Shown here piece after piece: positions 48,701 to 60,700 of a DNA stretch of 64,000 nucleotides. This DNA is from Styela clava (taxonomy: Eukaryota). The notes below the pieces were generated by a model. That model was given only the letters and a program-made list of their open reading frames with translations. It ran no database searches and was not told the origin of the DNA. Position 1 is the first letter of the stretch, and each line of letters opens with the position of its first letter. The position numbers and the translations under genes are program-made. Location of the stretch: contig NC_135262.1 of assembly GCF_964204865.1 (NCBI RefSeq), forward strand, positions 2,294,001 through 2,358,000. Reading direction: 5' to 3'.

Positions 48701-51700
48701 CCCTTCCGGAACAAACTGGCTTTACACAAATGAAGTCCGCAATAAGTCTAAAGATGCTTAAGACGTAATTAGATTTCTAATTGAGTTACTTCACTACGTG
48801 AGAGTGTTGTGCGAAACACAAAAGAAGCCAAATTACAACTTAAGAGCCACTTATTAAATCTTCAAATCTTATAGTTGCTACTTGCCACACAATATTATCT
48901 AATACTTGTGCTATAGGTTTATAATTATTGACACGCTTTCCATGAAGCTGGCGACAGTTCTGGTCATTAGATTAAACACCACAAACTTTTGCTTTTGTAA
49001 TAAGATCGATTATTTGTCTGGTTGAACCACCGCCTAAGTGTGGGCATATGTACATTCGCGTGAGAATATATGTCGGAAAAATGAATAAAAATGCGAGAAC
49101 AACTATAATCAAATAATTCAAACTATAACTTCATCTATTTATACTTTTCTTTTGGGACCCAAAAACATATTCCCAGCCTAAATTTTCGTACGCTTGCAAA
49201 GGCGAAAAACGTAACCGAATTTGCAATATAAGCCAGAACTCTGAAAACTGGATTTTTCTCAGTTATTAGCTTTCTTACATACGCTTATTCACGACTTTGG
49301 CTCCAAACCTAGTACAAGCAGGAGTATGTGAGGAGTTTTTTTGAATATTTTGAAGAACCGGAATTTTTTAACATAAGGCTGTGAAAAGTCACTGAAATAA
49401 TAGACAGCAATAAAAAGTCAAGCACATTCGGCATTGAAGCTCTGAAGGATAGTTCTTCCGGCTTTACGTAATCCAGCTCAAACGATTTTGAAATGGAAAT
49501 AGCTATTTTCTGCAATACAACATAATCCGTTTTTCACTTTTCCATCTTTTCGCATTTCTCCGAAGGTATTTTCACATGGTAGTCAATTTTATCATTTGAT
49601 ATGTAAAAAAAACTTTTCGGTTTTCTGCGAAAACTAACTATATTTCTTTTATTAATAGACTTGTTGGAACGGTGAGATTTAATTTTGCCTATGTCGTTAC
49701 CTCTAACGTGTGTATGGTACCGTGGTTGTGTAGAAATATTGTTGGAGGGACTATAGCGAGCTGGAATCAATTCTGATCTCATCAGATCCCATTATGATTG
49801 TGCCTAAGTAACTTCTTCTGCAGAGCCATGCTAGGATCAATCCTACCTATCAAACCAATCCCACCTTCGCTTGTCTGTATATGTTTATAGAAAGTATGTT
49901 TATAGTTTCTCAAGAAAATTAAAACATTGTCGAAAAAAATGACTCACTAAGTTGAATATCAAATAAACTTGCCACAATCCGACGTCTTGAACCTATTGTT
50001 GTATTTTTGTTAATAGCTCTTTTATTTAGTTGAAGAAGCCCAGCGTCAAATAGTATGGATTATCTTGCATTTGGTGTAAATTTTGTCGAAGATGTTTAAA
50101 CTAATCTGACAAGCGTGATAAGAAAGGAATTTTTCTGGTTTCGTTCGTTTTATTCTTTTATTCAAAATCTATAAAAATAAATAATACAAATATATATAAG
50201 GTCAAGCGTTCGACTCCTAATAATTTCGATAAATGGTATTTGATTGACATATATCATGGTCATTCCCGCCACTTTTTTTTTAACCTATTCGATATTATAT
50301 AATTATAACTGTGTATTGGATATCATGTCATCGTTTATATGCGGATACAATATCTTTTCTCCTAATGTTTGAATTATATAAGAAAGATCTGAGTTTTTAT
50401 TAGACAAAACATTAAAAAGTAGGATATATTCTTTGCCTTCTACACGCATACATATGCACCATAGTGGTAGAATAAGTAGTTCATTTTTGTACAATTTCAA
50501 TTAACTATAATGGCCATTGGTTGCAGCGTTTGACCTAACCGTATAGGCACCGCAGGTGAAAAAAGTTCATAAATTAATTCCATGACCCCCACCGTCACCC
50601 GGGATTTAACAAATTGAACAGACAACACTGAACCGGAAATTTTCCAGTACTTCAAATATACGGTAGCTGCTTGTACAGAACCTTGTTCAGAGTGTAAAAA
50701 TAGAAAGGCATTGAAATATGTTTGTTTTAGTTGCAAGTCACTTCAATAAAGTGCTTTTTTTATATTAAAAATAATTGAATGTAGTTTGAATATTCATGGA
50801 AATGCGTTACTTGAAAAATTCTAATTCGCATTTTCTAATTTATATGATTTCATCTTGATATCTCTGACACTTTCAAAACAAACTCAAAATAACATAGAAG
50901 ATTGTTTGTTCTTCGAATTTCTTTTCAATAATGGATTAAAAACCTCAAGTACCATGCAGCGACTTATCTCTTTTTGTCGTTATTTAGTAGACCACCATTA
51001 TACTAACAAACACAATGTATAATCAGGCCCAATCATCAAAATACCTCATCCAGTGTAAAGTATACTTTAGCTGCAAATACGAAAAGTGGAATCTGTTTTA
51101 GTGCCATAAAATATTGAATAGGCCTACGTGATAAACATTATCTACTTTATATTTTCGTAAAGACACTTTTGCTCGTTTTTCCATCGGTATATTATGATAC
51201 CTAATAAAAACTAGAGTTAGAATGTTTGTTATAACTTTCATTTTTAAGGTTCAGTTTGTTAAATACATACCAAGTTATTGCAATACAAATTATGGAAATT
51301 TTATAGGACAGCCTCTTAGAAAAAATATCCATTTTTTATAATAGTATAGAACAGCGACATGAAAAATAATATTATTTCTGATGACACTATCGTTTGAATA
51401 ATTGTTACTAGCTCATTCCGCAACTCATCAAATTTTTATAATTACAATTTCTACATGAAAATTTGTTTGTTGATATCTTTTTATCGAGTTATCTTTTTCT
51501 ATGAAATTTGTATGTAAGTAAATGTTAAAACCAAGCTACAGGGAATAACGTCTTACTAATAATATTTGAAACAAACTTAAAAATTGAAAATGAAGTTGAG
51601 ATTTTCGCTAATAGTTTTTCAAATCAATTTCTTGTAATACCTTTTTGTAAATAGGTACTTTTAGTGCGTCTCCAAAGATTATATGTTCAGAAATTTCAAA

Positions 51701-54700
51701 ATTAAACTTGGTCACATTTTTAGACTTGTTTCTAATACTTTTGGTTAGTACTAAATCCTACTATTTATGATACTATATAGTTAACTCACAATTCGAGTTG
51801 TAACGAAGGTTACATTTCACTTCATAAAATATTATTAACAAAATATTTTCTAAATTGTTCAATTCTGAATTGAAAAATTCAAATATCCCACATTTTTTAT
51901 TCTCCTTATCAATTTACAAATAACAATTAGTTTATATATTTTTTAAAACTTGTTTATCCTCCTAACCATGTCGAATTGATTATCGAAGCAAACAGATCTT
52001 TATCTATTGGATGCAACGTGAAATCATAATATGGTATTTATAGGAATTTAATCACACATTTTACATAAACAAGCAAGTAGTCATTAAGTACATACTAGGT
52101 AAGTTATAATTCGACATGCGCAGAACAAATCCATATCTCGAATTGATTACTCATTGTTTATAGACATCCGTACTTTCGAAAACTTATTAACAACTTTTAA
52201 CCCCGATGGACTTTCATATAATATTAAATATTTGTAATCAATGTAACAATAATTAGTTATAAAGCTAAATATTACAAAATAAACATTTCAGCCATTTCCG
52301 ACTCAGAACAATAACAATTTTGAATAATATTAACAAACCTTTCCCTTGAATTATTAAACCGACCAATAAAGATCCTATATCTTGATAGGAATGTTATAAC
52401 AAATGAGTTTCGTTCTTAAATGTTTGTATCAGTAAATATAAACTAACATGCATGAATTATTTATCCGAATTTCTTTAATCTATTTTGTGAGACAGACAAA
52501 CAACTTCCGGAAATATAGGATTACGTTATTGCATTTGTTATCCTGATATTGAAATGAACAAATTTAGTTATATAAGAAGTTGATAAATAGTAAATCGTCG
52601 TTTATTAAGATTTCACAGTGCATACTTGAATATAACGAATAAAAATTGGACAATCAATCATTCCACTCGTCGAAATCGTAAGAGCTCGAGAAAAAGTTAC
52701 GCCGACACATTGGAAATTTTATACACCAGTTATAAAATATTCCCAAATCCTAATCTCACGAATCTTAAATAGCAGCTTAAATAGCTAAAGGATTGGATTT
52801 ATTAGATCCTACCGTTTTCCAATTTCAATTTATTTCCAATGTCTGATTTTGCTTGAAATTTATTTAGATTAAAATGATAAAGGTTATCTAGATGCTTGAT
52901 GGAATCTGAAATTTTTAAAGTGATTAAAATCTTCATTTAAATAGGCGACAGCCGTCATTCCACATCGCTTCAGTTTTGTTTATAATTTGAAAAAATGCTA
53001 CAACATTCTATAATGTGTAGTTCTCACATGCTCCAATCACCCAGTCTATCCACATTTCGATCAAAAAAATAACTAGTGCAAGTGCAACCCAAATTGACTC
53101 TTAAAGCACACGCAAGACAACACATGGATTATCGCAATTGGTGGGCGATATTAATCAAGAATAATTTGCGGTGGCAGCGCTGACGCATATTGAGGCCGGG
53201 TTGTCAACTATCAGGCGCACTTCATTCCCTGACTCATGGTTTTATTTATTTTTAGCCCGGAGGTTACATTTGTTCCGTTCGCCTTCCGTTAACTTAACAA
53301 CATTTCTACCTAAAAGCGAAAATAGTTTGACTTAGTTTATTTTGTATTTTTTGTCCTTAAACTAGCATTCGCTTTGATGAACCCGCTTGTTCTCCGTATT
53401 TTTGCCATAACGTAATATATATATACGATTTAAATTTACCAACTGTTACGCACTTGACGGCAAACTAGATAGACCAGACAGACTAGTTTTGCAATTTTGC
53501 ATTGATCTATCTCACCAAGTATAAGACAGTATATAAAAATTTGTTAATATGTAAATTCGAGAAATACTTCTTCCGCGATAGAGACGGTTATTCATTGATT
53601 GAGGCCTTTGGTGACCATATGACGATTGTCCCATACATACTGTTATAAGGAACCTAGTGACAAAAAAATTGAAAACGTTTCGAAAAAATATCGCACCCGC
53701 GACACCAGCATTATTTATTGTTAAACAATTCTAGGTGCGATTCAAGCATTATATGGGGCTTTGGACGTGCGTCTTGATTCCGCGCACTGATTAAACATTC
53801 TGCCAGTCTGGGTGTGCTTACAACAAAGTCAAAGTTTTAATTTTAATGATTTAATATGGAACCATTTTCCGGTGAATGATTCAATAGATGACCTTGATAT
53901 CAGAAGTCACGCGATCTTGGACAACATAGAAGCAGTTGATCCGGATAAGCAAGAATCAGATAGACAGAAGTCATTACTAATGCTGTAAACCAAAGTGACT
54001 CATATAAACATACGAAAGATTTTTAAAAATCAGAGTAAACAAAGTAATGGTTGAGGAAACGAAATGAATTTGATAATTAACAATGCAAAAAATGCAATTA
54101 GCTTTTGTTTGATTTTTTGTACAAAGCCCCATCGAAAAAAAAATACTCTCGCCAACGCTTAAAATAAAGAAATTAGTAATTAGCCAGTTAGGGTTAGGAA
54201 AGCAGATTGCATGGAATTTCAAATTTCAAAACTCCAACTAGATAATTACTAATTTGTCATCTAAAAACGTGGCGGTGGTGTTTTCTCAAATCTAACATTT
54301 TTACACTATTGGCGGGGGGGGGGTGTCGCAGGACTAAACTTTATGACACGATACACAAATATAAATATACTTCAATTCTATCTGAGGTTAGGAGATAGAT
54401 TCATGTGGTTTCGAATAAAAAAAATTATTATGTAACATATCTGATCAAATCAAATTGCAAACCACTAAATATGATATTTGCAAAACAACAACAAGCCATC
54501 TGAAAATCTCCGATTTTATTTAATTAGAGTCTATCTAGGGATCAGACACTTCGATATTGTGAGGCAATATGTCGTCGATACTTGTTCTGTCCGAATTAAA
54601 TAATAGACATTCATGACTATTTTCTAATTTTATTACATCGGTTCACTATGAAGTCAAAAGATAGTTTGGTTTGATTTTCTGCGAACAAGTTGTTCTCTAC

Positions 54701-57700
54701 GCTTTATAGGTCTCGATTTTACCCATATTTGATTTTAGATATTCAAGTTTTGCGACGACCGTTTTCTTTTTAATCTCTGTCAATGGTATTGGATTACTGT
54801 ATATATGAGTCTAAATGTATCAGCTTGAAAGCTTTTTATCAGTAATCCTTTTATTAAGAGAGAGTTTAACTCAAATTTATATAAAAGTCGAGTGGAAAAC
54901 AACAAACACTTGCGCCACCTAAGAGTCTTAACAATTTAAACTGCAATTTGATAATGATATTGTATCATTGTTTTGATAGGACGTGGCAGGGATATAATTG
55001 TTAACAAAAATATTATGCAACAACGCGAATTCTTTTGTGGGGTTTATTTGTACTTCCCCAATATTTATCATTAAATTAGATACGGCTAATTAGTTGGAAA
55101 ATAATGATATATTTCTTGTTTAGGAGTTACAATGTAAACTTGGATTTTATCATAGAAATTTTACCAAAGTATGCCTAAATAAGCTATTTTTATTTTTTGG
55201 GCTAAACAAACGGTTAAAAATTTGCATTCTAGTTTGATATAGCCTTTGGCATATTTTAGCAAATAAATTGTATATCTAGAATCTAGATGCATTAGACGTG
55301 TCATTTCGTTACATTACAATTACGTTACGTCCAGATTTTACAGTTCAGAACTGCAAACAAAATTGCAAAGTTTTTTTGGAAGGAAATAAATTAACAGTAA
55401 GTGTTTAACAGTCATATATTACTATAACATTTTTTATAAAAATTATCTAAAATATTCGGCCTGTGAGAATTGTACTCACGAAAACTCCTCTCACAAAGTT
55501 CCTCTTTTGGAGAGTTTCACCCATGGGAAATTTCTCTCGTTAAATGTCTCGCCGACCCAAAATTCGATATTATTTCTTAACCGTGACGTATTTTCAATTT
55601 CATTTTTTTTGTGAAATGTACGATTTTTCAGACTCGTTTCTGGGTTGGATTTTTCAAACGCCATTTCAAACAACAATTAAGTTCATTTTAAGTTACTAAT
55701 GGGAAACCGGTTATTGCTAAACACCATCCAATAAATTGTTATAAACGTTACAAATATTGGTTACGGGGGTGGAGAGATTATTATTCCAGATATCGCAAAA
55801 ATTAAACTTATCTTGCCGATATCTCAGACGTGAACTACGATTTAGGGCCCGAAGCAAATTCAATGAGAAATAGGAAAATTGCTTCATGTAAATATTAAAA
55901 ATGAGTTTTAAGGTTTTATTTTCCACTGGGATTTTTTTGCGTTCTGTTATTTATTATCATAGAAAAAGCAGTTAATATGTAATATAGTACGAAGTATATT
56001 TTCTGAAAATTCCAAATAAAAAGTTCCTTCAATTTAAATAAAGACACTCATGCATATCTAGTTGAGAAAATAATCGAAATTACCCAACTAATATACAGGG
56101 TGTTCATATAGTCCTTACAGTTTCAATTTTGTTATGAAGTCAATTCTCAATATACCTTAACCAGGTTTGTTGTTTTTTTAATCAGTAATTGTTTAGGTAT
56201 TTTTAATTTCTTTCAATACATCTGTATGGGACAAATCAATATATGGTATCGATAAATTCCCTTCGCAATTCTAAAACTTTTAAAAGATGGACACCCTATA
56301 TAACTTGAAACGGCGGCGGTGGTAAAAACGTTGATATCTATAATTCGCGCTGCATTAGGTTAAATAATAGGCAAATTAGTTTTGAACTGAAGCAAAAATA
56401 CGTTTCCAAATTTTATTGAAACAAAAAGTTATCATTCATGTCCCAGTCGGAAAAAATGAATTTTGACATATATGGGCATAATCAGACATGCTAGATTTTT
56501 TTCTTTATAAAACATTCTGTTTTTAAAAAACCTAAAATAGATGTTTCGGGTTTGTAATTTGGGTACACGCCAAATAAGGTGTCCTATGTCGAACGGGAAT
56601 TTCGAAAAAAACTTTTGGTTTCCTTAAAACTTGTGAAGTATTTTCTTGGTTACCTTTTGATGAAAAAAATATTTGTGCATTCAAAGAATCTAAGACGAAT
56701 GACGTTTACACTACTAACTGGAAAAGCACCTAATTTGGATACAAGTTTTTGTTGTATATATATAACATACATACTCTAAAATATTTAAAAATTATTGGTT
56801 TTGCTAAGTACTTTTTGGTACAAATTTAATATAATTCATCGAGACCCATTACCTTCCCTTTATCAATATCAAATCAACATTCCAGTAAAAGTGCAAAAAT
56901 CTTGTCGCGAGATCGCTAAGTCTGTTGCCAGAAACAAAAATGCACAAAGCACCAAAAACACAGCTTTCAAGTGTTCTGTCCCTGTAAGCGAGCGCAAGTT
57001 GTCATCAGGCAAACACAGGTGGGTACAAAATTCTAATTTTCTCGCAGTGATCAAAGTTACAAGTTTATGTGTAAACAATAAGACACCTGCTGTAAGGGAC
57101 GGTGGAATGTTTCACCTCCGACCAGAATGCACATATTCGTTACATTCAATTTACTTTGTCGCGTTGGTCCCTTAAAAATATCGCCAACTGCAGGTAGCAA
57201 CTGGTAGAGCGAGGTACATGCAATTGAAAGTTACAGTCATCAATTTTTGTAGCAGTTAGCTGAAAAATATAAATATTGCACTAGTCTTTGTATATATAAA
57301 TGTGTGCCTAGCTGTTTGTTGGGTCAATTATTGAGAAGTGCGAGTGCATGCATACCTTAAAAACAACAAAATACACGAAGATCGACAATGTTCAATGGAA
57401 CTTAACCTAAAGAGGCTTCTCATATATTGATGTTTCAGATATAAGTTGCTCTAAGGTAAAATTATCGAGCACACAAATTTTATTTCAAGAGATTCTACAT
57501 AATCCGAAAAAAAAAATTTCACTGATTTAATGAATAACATTAATTTTGGTCATTGTTTGTAACAAAAATTATTTCTTCATTCCTATTTTTGTCGAACTCT
57601 TTGGCAAAAAATGTTTCCTGTGTGTGGTCTTACATAAAATTATTGTATCGGAAGATTATCGAACAAACTGATTGACATCGACATGACAGAAAAATTTACA

Positions 57701-60700
57701 GCTTCATGAATTTCATTAGATATCAATTTTCAAACACCCAATGAATCTACCTAAGCTGGAAAAGTCATTATATAGTCACCAGTCTGGGAGAATACGCGGT
57801 ACGGACCATTAGGTATGCGCCATGGTAGCATGATCTGCTTATTTTAGTCATTATAAACGGTGTAGTGGTAGATGCCTGGACATATTTCGCGCTTTACAAA
57901 TAGGTTCCGTACATATGTCTGACAAGAGTAGAAATATAAATGCTGAAATGAAACATGCAAAGCTAAAGTTTTTGTATTCGAAATTTTGTTTGATTCAAGA
58001 GTCTCGCTGCACTTTGACACAGATGTATTTATTAAGTGGTTTTTGAATTAAATAGTATAATCATTTGTATTCTTGCTACGGCATCCTTTCATTATCCGCA
58101 TAGTTATTAACCAACACAAAGACATACAGCAAGAAAAAGCAATTAGTCTCAGGTAGTAACCAAGTTTTTTTGTTGCGAAGTCGGGTCAAAACCGACATTT
58201 GTTCAACTTGCATTCTGAGCCAGAATGAAATACCCGCAGAGACTATTCAAGTACAAAAGTGAGCGATAAAATTGATGTAAAATAGCCCAGTTTGTGTCAA
58301 AGCAAATGAAATTCCTTTGATTTGTTTACGCACGCTTGACCTTTGCATATATAACACTTTAACGACATACCAGGAAATATTTTCTAATAAAGCTACATGG
58401 AACGTGCATGACATAAAATTACGAAACTATAATAAAATTTTGATAGCCTTCATATTAAAGGTATGCGAGCGACATGCACACACTGCTGACGTTAATACCA
58501 CAGTAAAAAAAATTAGAAAATTCCTTACATTCTTGTTACGAAACAAAGTGTAATGTAAGAGATTGAATATTTTCACAGTTCTTCACAATCCTCACATTAC
58601 TTTTACTATTATGCAAGTTCTACAAATCTTTTTGTATGAAAATCACCATTTCAAAAATGAAACATAATTAATCGAAATATCCCAATACAATACCTAACTT
58701 TAATTTTTACGTGTTATTTCACACATTTCTCAAAACAAGGTTATAGATAACAGTCGCTATATTGAAAAGATTAGTGAAATAATCGACTGAAAATTGTCCA
58801 TATACCACATTAACTAGTATTTAATGTGCCGTTTTGGACATTCGCCCGAAACAAGACGATAGATAACAAGCTGTTACTGAAATGGACCTGCTTTTCCGAT
58901 TCAATCAAATCGAGTTAGAAACACAGTATCGATATCTGAACTCGCTTTCTGGTTTATTTTATAATAATCAGGTAACAATTTTCATGTTGTTATTACAAAG
59001 TCATACTTTGCAGTGGAAATCGTAAAAGTAAAAATCCAAACCACTTCTGCAATACCTTATGACACCAGTCGTGCACTATTATCTCTGAACGGGTTTGTCA
59101 TTTCAAATAACTTCGTAATGTACAGTAAATGTGTAAAATATCTCGCAATATATTGGAGGTAATCGGACGTGTGGGGTTTCATATTTCTTTCAATTTTAAT
59201 GATTTTTTTTTGCCGAGTCATCCTACAAAATTTTTGAATGTTTGCGAATGAAAGTTGCTTGTAATACTTTTTAGAAACACTTTCATATGAACTTTGACTT
59301 TTGTGTTCATATATTTGAGCTATGTTCCCTTGTTTTCAAATTGTCAATATCTACTATTTGTATTTAGGGGCGAACTCTACTGACTTATTCGCGGTCCCTT
59401 GCTGTAAATTTTCAAATGTTCGATTGGTGTTTTAATGAACTGTACGATATTTCAAGTATATTTATGAAAACAGCGATTTATACGCCTGATTTTTAATCCG
59501 AAGGTTTGGACCGCTTAATATAAACAATGCAAAAAATAATCTTCTTTGTGCGTGCGACCGAATCCAAAATTTGATGTTGAAAAATGTGGGAAAACTTGTT
59601 ATTAAGCCGATTAATTACAAGAAATTTTATTCTAAAGACAACTGTAAACAATGTTTTTCCAAAAATATCACTGAATTTTTAATTTATGAGATCAATATTT
59701 TTTTTGCCTTTTTCCAAATTCAACAGAATATGCCCAAAACAAATAAATCACCTATTTCAATCATATGCAAAACTTTTTGGCATTACGATTGATGCAAGAT
59801 CCTAACACTACAAAAACATCAAAGGACATTCAATCATAGCATGATATTACCTATTGCATTTAAACTATAAGCAAAAAAGTTTTTTTTTGCAATTTTTTAC
59901 ATCCAGAATACCCAAAATGATGTCGTTTCTCATATAAATCACATGCAAAACTCTTCGGCATATCGATTGACTTAGAAACTTAACACTGCAAATAACCAAT
60001 TAGACGGAGTTCAATCACAGTGCAGTATTACATTTAAACTACAAAAAAAAAATACTTATTTTTATCGTCAATAGAATCAAACACCAAGCCGGCTATCGTT
60101 TATTATGCAAAATCTTTTTAGCGTCAGATTTCATATTTAATAAGTATACGATTACACGAACAGAAATCCCCTCACCCACCTATTTCTTATATTAAATGTA
60201 CTTTAACCGCATGTAGCTAAAGTTGAATACATAAATGTTTACAATGCCGTGGAAACAGTAAATTTGCTTAATATGTATCCGCGTTCATATCTCAAAACTA
60301 TGTCATCTCTTTCGAAGGATAATTTCACCTGTTTACGCGAGTTATAAGGTGTCAATATAATGAAATTTTATTCCGAAATAACGGTTGCAATGTGAACTTT
60401 CTACCGGATTCTATGAAACTTGATATAGGATTATAAATGCCGCCTATTAGCGCGACAGACATACTTTCATAAATGCCCTTCGGGCCATCCGGCTACTTAG
60501 ATCGCGATAACAAAAGTTTATCGATTTACTTGACACTGAACTGTAATTTTTTTCCACTATTCTCAATATAATTCAACTCACTATACGCCTTAGATTAAAA
60601 ATGCCCATGCAACAAGGCAAAAGACCTCTGCACTACACACAAGGTACGTTTATAAAGCAAGTCTATTCACACTTTAGATGTCAATTTATATAAAAATATG

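Noticed and set aside
57274-57295. TATTGCACTAGTC resembles miR-92
   Set aside because: No pairing 5p arm upstream; the 3' half does not match
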